Positions 27,161 through 40,800 of a DNA stretch of 64,000 bases are shown here, one piece after another. The DNA comes from Adineta vaga (taxonomy: Eukaryota > Animalia > Rotifera). Below the pieces are notes generated by a model, which searched no databases, was not told where the DNA came from, and was given only the letters and a program-made list of their open reading frames with translations. A program made the translations under genes and the position numbers. The stretch lies in assembly GCA_021613535.1 (NCBI GenBank), contig CP075496.1, positions 3,286,001 to 3,350,000 of the forward strand, given 5' to 3'. Numbering within the stretch: the first letter of the stretch is position 1; every line of letters begins with the position of its first letter.

Positions 27161-30100
27161 ATGCAGAAAAAACGCGTTCAAGTAATTTTGATCAATCTAT
27201 TATCGACATCAACGAAATATGTTTCGAATCTCTATTTAGCTCTCATTTCTCATACGAAATGAAAATGAACGTCTGCATCGTGGTGGTATCAATGCACTTC
27301 GTTATGATCCTAAAAATGATCGACTTTATACTGCTGGACGTGATTCTATCATTCGTGCATGGGACTGCAAACGATATGGTGTATGTTTTTCTTCTTTCTA
27401 TTAAAATCTATCGTATTTCAAATAAATTTCTTCTAGTCAGATATGTATGAATATTCCATGGAACATCATACCGATTGGGTAAATGATATTGTATTAGTTA
27501 ATTCAGGAAAGCATAGTAAGAAACGTGAATGAATTGAAATTCTTGAATTATATCTTTATAATTTTTCTCAAGTTCTTTCAGCATCGAGTGATGCAACAAT
27601 TAAATTATGGAATGCACCAAAAGGAACTTGTATGTCAACCTTACGAACACATAAAGTAAAAACAAATGAGAATTAATTAAAGAAATATTTTTCTTTGTTT
27701 TCAAAGGATTTCGTTAAATGTTTAGCATATGCAAAAGATAAAGAACAAGTAGCTAGTGGTGGTTTTGATAATAACATTTTCCTATGGGATATTAATGTAT
27801 TAACAGCTTTAACAGCGGTAAATAATACAGTAACAAGTATGATTGTCTTCTTTGGTCTACTATCTATATAATATCGATTATTCATTTTTTAGCTTCAACA
27901 TTTACTGGTAATGAACATTCGGTGTACAGTTTAGCGATGAATCCATCTGGTACAGTTCTTGTTAGTGGTTCACCTGAAAATGTGGTAAGTTTAACTTTCG
28001 AAAAGAAAAACAATTGTTTGCTATGTTATCGATTGTTTAGATACGTGTTTATGATCCAAGAACATGTGCATTATTAATGAAATTAAAAGGACATACAGAT
28101 AATATTCGTGCATTAGTTTTAAATCGAGATGGAACTCAAGTAAGACGAAAGTTTCTGATAGATAAAACATATTTGATAAAATTAACTTTTTCTCTTTCTA
28201 TTTCTAGTGTATTTCAGCTAGTTCGGATCATTCAATTCGTATATGGTCTCTTGGACAGCAACGATGTATCAGTAAAATTCAAATCCATTCAGATGCTGTT
28301 TGGACATTATGTGTATGTTTTGAAATAGATGAGTTTCTTTACTGAGTAATATTATTGATCTCGTCTAGGTTAACGAAGCATTTACTAGACTGTATTCCAG
28401 TGGACGTGATAGAAAAGTGTATCTTACAGATTTAACTGAAACAACGAGAAGTGTTTGTGTTTGTCAAGAAGCAGAACCTGTTCTACGAGTAAATATTCAT
28501 CTGATTTTTTTCTCATTATTTGAAAAATAAGAGAAACTAAAATCGAATATCTCTAGGTTGAGCTTGGCAAAGAACAACAACAATTATGGGTATCTACCAC
28601 CGAATCAAATATACGTTGTTGGGTATAATATCATTCCTAATTGAAATATTTATAATGTGATGTTTTGTTTGTATTTAGAATTTGAAAGATAGTCTAGCAG
28701 CATTAACACGTACGAATTATTATGATGGCGAAGTCATATGTAAACAACCGGATATGATAATTCAAGGTGGTCCAGCACTGAAACATTATCATATATTATC
28801 GGATAAACGTTATATTGTAACAAAAGATTCGAATAATAATGTGGCGGTCTACGATGTTCTACAAGTATGTTTTCTTTTTATGAATGAAGTACATTATATG
28901 ACATTTTTTCATGTTTTCAGGCTCGAATGACCGAAAATCTTGGAAAATGTGATTATGAAGAAGAGATACGAAAGAGAACAAAAACAGTTTTTGTACCAAA
29001 TTGGTTTAGTGTTGATCTTAAAGTTGGTGTAAGTAAATTATTAATGTCTCTCTGACAGATAATGATCTTTATATTCGAATTAGGTTTTAACTGTAACACT
29101 TGAAGAAAGTGATGTATTTGCATCTTGGATCGCTGTAAAAGAATCAGTTGATAATAATTCAGCTAGTAGTAATAGTGAAATTGTTGATTTGAAAGGTAAA
29201 GCAAAGAGATTTTCTAGCACTTTTATAAAGTTCAATTCTTTCTATTGTAGAAAACTATGGTGTTTTAATGTTGCATTCATTATTCGAACATTGGCCTGTG
29301 ACAAAACAAACATTAGGTATTTTGCTATCTTTAGAAAATATAATCAATCGATTACATTTCATTTGAATTTTAGAAACCAATGATGGTTATGCAGAACGAA
29401 TTCATCTAGATAATCTTTGTCATCTACCTGGACATACACCAATTTTTGTTGGGTATATCTAAACAATATACGATATTAATGAATTTATAGTTTATTTTTT
29501 ATTAAAATAGAGAAATTGGTGGTCGAACACTGTATCGTTTTCGATGTAGTGAAGCAGGTGGCGAACCAGAACAAAGTTTTCTCTATGAAGTTCTACCACA
29601 ATTTATTACAAATGTTATTATTAAAGTTAGTTCATCGTTAATATTTCAAGTTTTTCTATATTTGATCTTCATTTAGCATCAAATTCCTCCTTTAACTAAA
29701 ATTCCATTTATTCTTCATCATCAAATCAGTAGTACAAAACTCAACAAAAAGTTCGTTATCATTCTTTGGTAGTTTTCATTTATCATATAATCTTTTCCTT
29801 GTTTCAGAGATCGTCTATCTGCAAGTGACATGATGATCGTACGGAAAGTAATTGAATATATTTATGAACGATATGTTCTCAATGAACAACAACAGCAGCA
29901 GCAGCTACAACAACAGCAACAACAACAACAACAACAAAATTCTGCAATGGCAACTGCTGGAAATGGATCAGGTATGAAGTTTTTTTTGTGATATTAAGTA
30001 AATTGACTTTTTTCTTGTAGGTCAACATGATGGAAATGGTGAACAACAACGTGAATCCGATATTAGTAAAAGTATTGATCATATTGAATTATTATGTCAA

Positions 30101-30249
30101 GAACAAGTGAGTGGACTAGTTGTCTTTTCTTTCGATAATTTTGATTTTATTCAAAGGTTTTGGATCTATCAATGGATTTACGAACTGTGAAACACTTTAT
30201 GTGGAAAGGAGGCGGTGATCTCGTTTTATGTTTTCGTTCTAAATCGTAG
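27161..30249 (+). CDS. WDR48: WD repeat protein 48 / UAF1 (USP1 cofactor), many short exons
   Basis: KKRVQ|[39 protein letters not shown]|[54 protein letters not shown]. Poly-Gln at ~29884-29937. The exact start could be in an upstream exon. Confidence 0.93.
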
Positions 30250-30483
30250 TTCTTGTCTTATTTGTTTCTATTCTATCTTAATTTTAACATATGTGTCCTT
30301 TTTTTCTGTATATTTCATCTTATTATCTTAAATTACGTTTACTTGAATTTAACTAGTCATATATATATATATATGTATATGTATAATTTGTATGAATAAG
30401 AAGAAAATATTGAACAACAAACGATGACAGTGTCTAAATAAATCTTTTCCAGATGACGATTTGATTGAACTATTGAATTAATA

Positions 30484-33400
30484 ATGGCGAACAATATGAA
30501 AACAGAATCAATGCTTATGTCAGGTAATTTAATCGGAATAAAATTCTCTCATTCACATTCGGTGGAGAACTGAATTTACCATGTTGAAAACTTCATGTAT
30601 TGTCTACTATTCAGAAGGCACAATCAGTTTGAATGAAAATGTACCTATCAAATGTGTGTCTTATCAGTTGGTTCTTAACGATATGAGATAGATCAGAAGA
30701 TTATAGATGTTTTATCCATTGTAGGTGTGACGGTGGATTTTCCTTACAAACCTTATCCATGTCAAATAGCCATGCTTGCGCGAATTATCAAAGCATTGCA
30801 ACAATCAAAAAATTGTCTTCTCGAATCACCAACTGGTACTGGAAAAACTCTTACATTACTTTGTGCTGCTTTAGCTTGGCAACAAAAAGAAATTGAACAA
30901 ATTCAAATGTCTTGTTTAAATGAAACTAAAGATTCTACAACTGAAACAACAACAACAACAGCAACTCCGATTAAACCACAATCAATATCTCGGATATTTT
31001 ATTGTACACGTACACATAAACAACTTGAACAAGTCGCGAAACAACTTAGTGATACTGTCTATAAAGATAAGATTCGTATGACATTATTATCATCACGTGA
31101 TAATTATTGTGTACATCCAGTTGTTTCGAAAGGACCAAATAAAAGTCATGAATGTCTAAAAGTAACTCGACCGGATCAACATAAATTTGGTCAACAAGGT
31201 TTTAAAAGTGATTGTGGTTTTTATGAACGATTAAAAGGAAAAATCGGTAATGATTTCATTCGATTAGGAGGTTCAAAACAATTACCACGTGTTTTCGATA
31301 TCGAACAATTTACTGAATATTGTCAAACTGCACATGCTGTTTGTCCATATTATACTAGCCGTTTAATAATCAATGATGTACAAATTATACTATGTCCATA
31401 TAATTATCTTATCGATCCACGTGTTCGAAATTCCATGCAAATGTCAGTTAATAATGCTGTTATAATTATTGATGAAGGTAAAATGAAATAATTTCGAAAG
31501 ATCGTTTTTTTTTCTCAAAATGTCTTTTTTTCGTAGCACATAATATTGAAGATTGTGCTCGTGAATCAATGAAATTTGAAATAAGAAAATATGATTTTGA
31601 AACAGCATTAGATGAAATTCATATGAATCAAAAAGCATTGGAAATGGCACAAGTCGAAGCTGCTCAATTAATTGTTAATGAATTAGGTTTCTCCTCGACT
31701 CAAGAACCAATCTCTCTAACACAATCAACTACCAATCAACAACAATCAGCACGTCGTATACCTGGTTTTTCCGAATATGATCAAATGAATGAAGAAACTG
31801 ATTTACTTGAACATTTAAATATTGATCAATTGGGAAATAAACAGGAAGAAGGTATTCCTGATTCAATTCAACAAATAAGTTCTGATGATCAAGAAGTGGC
31901 AAATGCATTGAAATTTCTTGCTGAAAGATTTTCTCGTATTCTTCTTTGGTTTGATACGAAAAATCCACGAGAGAATTATACATATACTCCAAAAGAACTT
32001 GTTGAACAATTTCATCAAGCAAAATTTATTGATCGATCAATTATTAATGTTCATAAACCAGCAACGTATGACAAATATTAAAAGATAACAACATTAAATT
32101 TGATGTTTTAGGAAAACCCATCCAGCAACTAAACGTTCCGTTATTCAAGATGCTGGTCGTATACGAAAAGCAATAGTAAAAGGTTTTCTCAATGCACCGG
32201 AATATATCAAGTTTTCAGATGAAACTAAGAAGTTTCTTGAAGATTTTGATCTGTAAGCATGAATATTATTAGACAACATCTTACTATAAAACATCGAGCA
32301 TTCTCATAAAGAAGAATTGAATTATAGAAAACATGTATACGATCGTTTTTATCTTATCTTCTAGCTGTCTGTCAACTTTATATGCTGATGATTATCAGTT
32401 TACTGATGATTATAAAATCGCATTAAAAACGATTCCATTCGAGCCAAGTGCAAATGTTATCGCTCAAATGCAATCATCTTCAAAAGATTTAGTGGATTCA
32501 TCTACTAATGAATGGATTGATATGAGTCAAAAATCTAGTCAATTAAAACGACATCAACGTGTAATTGCTCGAACAACGTATCCACTTCATACACAACAAT
32601 TAGTTTTCTATTGTTTATCACCCAGTGTTGCATTTGCAAAAGATCTGAAATTAGCTCGATCGTAAGATTCGTTTTCTTTTGTACTTTGAAAAAATGTCAT
32701 ATATTCTATTTTATTTCAAGTTTAATCTTTGCTTCTGGTACATTGGCACCCTTAGCAACATATGCAGGTGAATTAAAAATACCCTTCGATATTCAACTAG
32801 GTAAATATATTACATTTGGTTTTTTTTATCTGGTTATTTTATTTGAAATCTTTTCTAGAATGTAATCATGTCATTGATATTCAACGTACATTCATAACTG
32901 CATTAAGTCATGGACGAAATGCAAATATTAAACTTCGTGCAACGTATCAAAACACGGACAAATTTGAATTTCAAGTATATGAATTTGTTGCCGTTTTATT
33001 TTTAATCATTTCTATTCAATAGGATGAATGTGGATTAGTTTTGTTAGATATATGTCAACGTGTTCCATATGGTATTCTTTGTTTTGTACCATCCTATCGA
33101 TTTCTTAATGTAATTATGAATCGTTGGATGTCAAGTGGACTTTGGCAAAAACTTAATGAACATAAATCAGTATTTTTCGAAGAAAAAAACAGTGCAAATT
33201 TTCAAAATACAATCAGTAAGAACTTGATTCTGTTCAGAAGTATTGTTATTACAAATTCTAAATTGATTTACCATTTCAAGACCGATTTCGTGAAGCAAAT
33301 GGAACATTGAAAATTGTAAAGCCATTATCAGCAGCTGCTAAACGAGTCAATTCAATGTTTAAACGAAAAAAATCATCGAATGAAACGGCGACAACCAACT

Positions 33401-34581
33401 CACCTTATTTTACAACGAAAGGTGGTCTTCTACTAGCTGTTTGTCGTGGTCGTGCATCTGAAGGTATTGATTTTTCGGATAATAATGCTCGTTGTGTAAT
33501 TACACTTGGTATACCATATCCGAATGTTCAAGACGAAGAAGTAATATTTAAACGTAATTATAATAATGAACAAAATAAACGTTTACCACAAATTATGAAT
33601 GGAAGTGATTGGGTTAGTTTGATTCATTAGCGAGAAAAAGCATGATTTCAATTTGTTTTTAGTATGATTCTCAAGCATATCGTGCATTGAATCAAGCACT
33701 TGGACGATGTATTCGTCATAAAAATGATTGGGGAGCATTGATTGTACGATTGTTCATTTTTTATGTTTGTCTTTTGCAAAATTTCGTTTGATTTCTTTCA
33801 GATTGTCGATGAACGAATTGTTAATAATATGAATGATAAACATTTTAATAATAAAATTTCACTTTGGATTAAACAACGTCTTTTTATTACACGAAATTAT
33901 GATGAAACAATGAGTGCTTTGGAAAAATTTGCTAGTCAAATGAAATTATCAGATGAATTAACAGCAATGGAAAATGAACAACAAACAGCGAAGAATATTG
34001 ATGATAATGAGCAACAAACAGCAAAGAATATTGATGATGATGATGAACAACGACGAGTTAGTTCCATTATTCCGCCATTGACAGGTTTATTTAAGGATTT
34101 TTCCTACTTTTCGAAAATGAAATTGATTTTCGCGTTTATTTTAGATGTACCAAAGAAAACAGAAGTATCAAATTCTACGTATCGACAATGGAAAGTACTT
34201 GATTTAACTGATGATGAAGATGAATCCATCGGAAAAGATCGTCCAAAACCAAAAATGACTAAAATTTTCGAGAAATTCAAGGCTCAACGTTCAATAACAA
34301 TGCCACCACCACCGTCAACACAAATTCCAGTACAAGAAGTAATAGATGTTAGTGATGATGAAAATGAAAACAAAAAGCAACAAGCAAAACACAAATTTTC
34401 GAAAAAATCTTCTACACAAAAACCAAGATCTGCTCATCCAGTACCAATTTTATCTAAAACATTTCAACAATTACCAACACAGCCAATCATTGAATTAAGT
34501 GATGAAGATGAAGATAACGATTTTGTTCGATTGACATCTACATTTTCTGGTCAATCGAATAAAAGATTCAAATTAACCTGA
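30484..34581 (+). CDS. BRIP1: FANCJ/BRIP1 Fe-S DEAH helicase
   Basis: First exon [14 protein letters not shown], then [59 protein letters not shown]|[46 protein letters not shown]. Confidence 0.92.
33973..34038 (+). repeat. 33-bp tandem duplication in the FANCJ tail ([11 protein letters not shown] x2)
   Basis: Two near-identical in-frame units starting at 33973 and 34006. Confidence 0.9.
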
Positions 34582-35539
34582 TATTTGTTTAGTTCGATAG
34601 AATTATTTATACATATATATTTTTTCTTTCTTTCCTCATATATTTTATTACTGTAATATTAAAGCGTCGATTTGTGTATATTATTTCTTAATGTCCGGTG
34701 ACTATATCATTCTTTTTGGGAATAATTTTCTTGTCTTTATGTGTGTGTGTGTGTATGTTATATTTATCATGACAAACAGATCAATAAAATGAATAAATTA
34801 GATTTCAATACCATAGAACATATATCTTATGAATAAAAATGAAAAAAAATTATCTGTTTTATTATTCATTATCAAAGTAAACGATTTCATTCAGTTTAAT
34901 TCTTATCCAAGGAAAGTTTTCACTTGTATCGAATCAATCAATCATTATTCAAAATATCTTTCAATTAGATATCTCTCAAAGCATAATTCTCTATTCAACT
35001 CAATTCAATGAGAAGATTTTAGAAATAAAACAAATAAAATACTAATTCTATCCATGTATAGAATATTCTATTACCAAAACACTTGGTGAAAACTAAACTA
35101 TAAACGTCACAGAATATGTTTTATTTGAATCTTTTTTTTCTCTGACAAATCACAATCTACGTATTTCGTTTGTCTCTGAAAATTATTTGACAAGAATAAG
35201 TGACTTTATACTATCCATTCTGTAAAGAAATTCTACTGTTTTCGTTCATTGTTTATGAACGTATGTGGAACAATAATCACTTTAGACTCTATAACACACA
35301 CACACATGCAAAGTGCGTTGTTATTTCTAAAAATACGTCCACATTGAAAATGCTTTCTTCACTACGAAAGCAAAAGTAAGAAATTCATTTTTTTGTCTCT
35401 ACAGAAACAAAAATTTTCAATTGCTTAAACGTGGTGAATGTTTTAAATACATTAAAACATCAACTCTTTAGATTCTTTGATGAATTGAATATACCAAGAA
35501 CATCAATGATCATTCTACTCGTGTGATGTGCTCCACATT

Positions 35540-36574
35540 ATGATGAATACGTCATCGCTAACTAAACTTGGTACCTTATTTCGATGGATGATTATCTTGT
35601 GTTTTCTATTCTTTATTTGTTATTTATATAAAAATATTCGTATAAATGCAAAAGCTAAATTCGACACCGATATAAGTGGTTATATCACGTTGCCTCATCG
35701 TTTAATAATCAATGAGACAAACGAAAATATCAAGGCTTTATACTATTATAATGTAAACAAAGAACGCAATTCATCCTATCCGTTTATTAGTGGTGATACT
35801 TTTCGTGCTATGGCTGATCATGTGTTAGATGAAATACGAAATGATACTCTTACATCGATCAATTATGGTGATATTATTTTTGTCAAAGGTGATTCGTTTT
35901 ACAAATTTTTCTTTGGACCCTTTCGTTATATCAAAAAGCCATTTGTTCTTGTTTCACATAATAGTGATCGTTCAGCACCGGCCGAGCATCGATCTCGTTT
36001 AAAAGATCATCGAATACTCGCGTGGTACGCTTCAAATCCTGGTTTAAGTAATGTAGAGAAACTATTTCCTATACCAATTGGCTTAGCCAATGCACGTTGG
36101 CCATCAGGAAATGTTAATGAATTTATGTATGCATTTAAAAATTATCGAAAACCTTGGATAAATCGATCCACTTTATTATATGTGAATTTTTCTCCTGATT
36201 CACATCGAGTTGAACGTTCCCATGCTCTAGGAATGGCAAAATCATTTAAAAATGTTCAAATAGTTTCAGGAAGAGTATCTGTTCAGACATATTTACAGCA
36301 ACTTGGAAATGCTAAATTTGTTTTGTCACCACCTGGAAATGGACTTGATTGTCATCGAACATGGGAAGCAATGTTAATGGGCGCTGCGCCAGTCATAATT
36401 ACATCAGGACTAGATCCTTTATTTCAACAAATTCCAGCTGTCGTTTTAGATAATTGGACAAATTTAACAGAAATATATCTATCATCATTTAATTTCCAAT
36501 CGTATGATAATGTTATACCAACTGTTTTATATGCTCGTTATTGGCGTGAAAAACTTCGAAAACATCGCAATTAA
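35540..36574 (+). CDS. Intronless type-II membrane glycosyltransferase, GT47/exostosin-like
   Basis: N-terminal TM anchor. Motifs YPFISGDTFR, LVSHNSD, PIPIGLAN, LLYVNFS, KFVLSPPGNGLDCHRTWEA. No introns in the CDS. Confidence 0.8.
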   Translation: MMNTSSLTKLGTLFRWMIILCFLFFICYLYKNIRINAKAKFDTDISGYITLPHRLIINETNENIKALYYYNVNKERNSSYPFISGDTFRAMADHVLDEIRNDTLTSINYGDIIFVKGDSFYKFFFGPFRYIKKPFVLVSHNSDRSAPAEHRSRLKDHRILAWYASNPGLSNVEKLFPIPIGLANARWPSGNVNEFMYAFKNYRKPWINRSTLLYVNFSPDSHRVERSHALGMAKSFKNVQIVSGRVSVQTYLQQLGNAKFVLSPPGNGLDCHRTWEAMLMGAAPVIITSGLDPLFQQIPAVVLDNWTNLTEIYLSSFNFQSYDNVIPTVLYARYWREKLRKHRN

Positions 36575-37832
36575 TAATACATATGCTTACTTTTATTTTG
36601 TTATAAATATTCTCGAAAATAAAATCCTTTTGATACTATTCAAGGACATTGGTATGCGTTCATGTCAAAAACATCTCTACTTGAGTATTGTTTTAAAAAG
36701 AAACGAAAAGAAAAATCAGTGTGTAAACATCATCTACCATTAGAAAAGTACCTCGATTTTATGATTTAAAATTGTACATATGAATTATCTATTATTCGAG
36801 ATAAATTCAATCATTTTATTCATTTTCTCGAATGTAAATAAAGAAAATACTAGTCTTTCATCGAATACATCGAAAAGAAGAAGTAGGTTTGATTGATTTT
36901 TCTTTCTCTCATAATATGTTTTCAATCGTGAAAATCATTTATTTTTAGCTTCAATGTTGCACTTATAAATTTTCAATGAATCATCTCATATTTAATTCAT
37001 CAAACAAAAAGCATTTATCAAATGTGATTATATTTTGTTTAAATAAATTTCATTATGACTGATTTCATGATATACAAATGAAATTTTGAATAACTTTTAT
37101 TGTTAAAGAGAAAAACAAGTGAAGATTTCCTATGTGTTTCAGTGCACTCTCGATTAATCTTTTCTTTTTTGTATTCAATCTGGTAAAATCTTGTCTATTA
37201 ATTCTATAGAGAATCGATTGATATATATATCCTTGATTGGATATTAAAACTAGAACTTTTGATTATAATAACAAGCAAATAATCAATCGATCGATTTTTC
37301 TTTCCATCTCTCTCTCTCTATATATACACTACCGAATAGTTTTTACCTTCTTCTTTTTTCCTTATATTTTCGCTCAACATTCTTTCCGTATTACTTTTTT
37401 TCTCTTATTTCGTCTGTATTCTTTCTCCAGAGATGACGACGACGACGACGACGACAATAACATTTGACTCCATCCGTACTTAACTCTAGTTTGTTAAGTG
37501 ATTACTTGTTCGTATCGTGTTCTTTTTGTCAGAAATCATTGACAGCAAGTTAAACAACAAGAGCATATCCAGTCATAGATTTTCCTCTGGAAAAAATATT
37601 TCTTTTGCGTACTTATTAACGACAGAGTGATTTTTGTACTAGATATCCCCGTGGAAGCGAAAGAGAGAAAGAGAGAGAGAGAGAAGGAGAAGAAAGAAGA
37701 TGAAAAAGAACGTTTGGATATTAATCGGTGAAGAAATAGGTGTAGACACGTGATATTATTACAGTCGATCAGTAGTTTCGATTGCTGATCTTAGAAATGT
37801 ATGTCAATGGTATTGGCAGGTTCCAATACAGC

Positions 37833-40800
37833 ATGGTGGCCAGCTTGTGTTGGATATTTTTCTTTGTTCCATTTATTCTTCTTGTTGGTAAGAATGATTT
37901 TTAAACTTTCAGAAACAAATATTGTATTATTTGAATATGAACTTAAATTTTTAGATAGTGTTCAATTGGGTAATCCAGCAGCTATTCCTCAGATCTGTTC
38001 CAAGGTAAGTTGTTTTATATTGAAAACAACAATCTAAATTTAATAGTCAAATAAGAATTTGTTATTTTGTACTTTGATCTTATAACGAAATGAATTTGAT
38101 ATATGATTTCAAAACATTCATTCGATACTAACGTGCAAATCCTTAGAGTCTGTTTTAATATCACACATACCAAGGTACGATATTACAATTAATCAATCAT
38201 TACTTGTTCTTCGATACATTGCTTAGTTGAAAACTCCCTATAGTCTTTTCGTATTAATCACATTTCTTATATTAAAAAAAGAACGAAGTTCGAATATTTC
38301 TATGAATACTAATAATCATTATCTAAGATAAAACATCTTTGCTTTTTTAATATGAAAAGAATTTCATATAGATTTGTTCACTGATTATGACAGATGAATA
38401 ATCGTTGTTTTGATCGAAATACATTTGCAGATTTGAAGCACAAAGTTTTAAAACAAATACACCGATATTAAGATTTAAATATTGTAATGAATTGAACAGT
38501 TTTGATTAATAGATGACAAGATATTGAAAGGTAGACTTTCACTAGTACATAATAAAGGAGAAAATGAAGTATGCTTTAGTAAATCTATATCTCTATTTCT
38601 TAAGCTTCAGTCAATGCTTTCTTTTGGCAAATATGAAACATCTCAAATCTCTTCAAATATAACATATGTTCCTCGTATTTATACTCAAAATTTTCTTGCT
38701 TATTCTTCCATTGATGATTTATTATTATTCATTGAACCCAAACATCAAATTCATATATATGATGCTCAAACTGTTCAATTAATTGTGAATATAAGTACAA
38801 CAGATGTTATTATTGCAACATCATGTACTTCACTCATTTCCGAATCTCCACATGAATTATATTTTATTTATGCAAATCATTCTCTAACAAATATAATCAC
38901 TTTACGTGTTTGTCAAGTACGATTTAATATCTATCGATTAGATTTTGATCAAAATTATTGTATTGAACCAATTATTCTTCAATACGATCAACCAAATTTA
39001 CGTATTTATGGTTTTACAATCAAACGTGATCATGCAGGAACAACAAAATCTCTTCTATTTGTATCAACACAAATTGGTTTGATCTATACAATATTTGATA
39101 CAAAAACAGGTGTATTACAAGATACACCATTAGTTTTAAATGAAACATCAAATGAAGGTAGTGTGGTTTTATCTTCATCTGGTTCTATATATTTTGCGAG
39201 TAAACAAGAACATTTAATCTATGAATTACGTGTAACAAATGATTTTCATTTAACTTATGGAAATGTTACTAAAGGAAAAGCCATTAAATCTCCATATGGT
39301 TTAATTACAGATGAATGTCATCATTTGTAAGTACAATTTTATATATAAATATCTAAAATATGTTTATTTCATAGATATATTGCAACACGTTCAACAATAT
39401 TGATTATGTATACGCAAGAATCTGTAACAATACGAAGTGTATTTTCCAAAGCATCAGATTTACCGATTACACTTGAACGACTAAATGCAACAACCTATGT
39501 CTACGCAACAATTAATCAAAAATCAAAGAAATCACAACCGTATTGGATGTTTAATTTCTTATATTTTACTGGTATGTTGAAAGAACGAATATATTTTTGT
39601 TGGTCAAAAATCAATTAAATTTGATTTATACTTAGAACCTGAGAAACATCTTCCACCCACTCGTCATCCTGGTAGGAAATAAAACTGTCTTTTTTGTTGT
39701 TGTTGCTTTTGTTTTTTGTAATGCACATTATGACCTGCTTTAACCATCACCATCCTTCCCTTTGTTGTTATCTATAGTTATTAATCTGGAAGAAATTCCC
39801 GAGATCAATATTACAGAAATCGATAGTATTCATCTTCCAAGACTTTGGCCATTATCATATTCGGTATTATCGATAACGAATATGACGAAAATGTATACAC
39901 AATTTTTTTCAACACCAAGAAAACCGTTTGCATTATTTAAAAAACGAAAAATGAATATCATTCAAACTAATAGCACGTTTGATCAAGAAAATTCATCGTC
40001 TATCGATAGTCATTTCTCGATGTCAACATCATCCGATGAACATTTTGATGAAAATAGTGAAAGCGATGAAGATTTACAACCTGATTATAGCAAAGAATTT
40101 GATTCAATATTAGACCATGAAAATGGCAATGGAACAAAAACTGATTCAATTCAACATATACTTTCCGATTCGAATTCATCTACTCAATCGTTACTATCAG
40201 ATTCTCGTGAAATATACGAAGATCGTGGCACGATAATCGATTCTCATCAATCTTTAATAACGTATGCTAACTATTCCGCAGTTTATGATACCAATGAAAA
40301 CTTATCTTTTCGTGATGATGAATCTTTATTTGATTATTTAATGGAACATCCCGTAGTCGATTTAGAATTTCTTCGTGATACAAATAACATTCATGGATCT
40401 ATACCGTCGAATGATGATTTACGATTATATTTTAAAGATCGAACGAATCTTACCGATGATCAAATCGTACACATAGAAACTTATCTCATTCAACGAATTT
40501 CATCTGATCCAAATCTTGCTTCCAAATATATTACAAGTACTAAAAGGCCAACAATACCGTTACTACATGACAACTCATCATTACCCGAAAACAAACAAAC
40601 AGACAAATATTCTGAAGAACTATCACCATTTGATTTTGATCATTTCAATCATACAATAGCGTCGGAGGATGGTTTATTCTCTTTCGATGAATTGCAATCC
40701 TATTTGCAAGGAAATAGAGATTTATCACCCACCAAACAAGAACATATTGAAGCATATCTAGCTAAAGAGAAACTAACTGATCAAGATAAATTATCTCAAG

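Noticed and set aside
30564-30586. GAGAACTGAATT resembling miR-146
   Set aside because: miR-146 is a vertebrate family and the match is short; probably chance.
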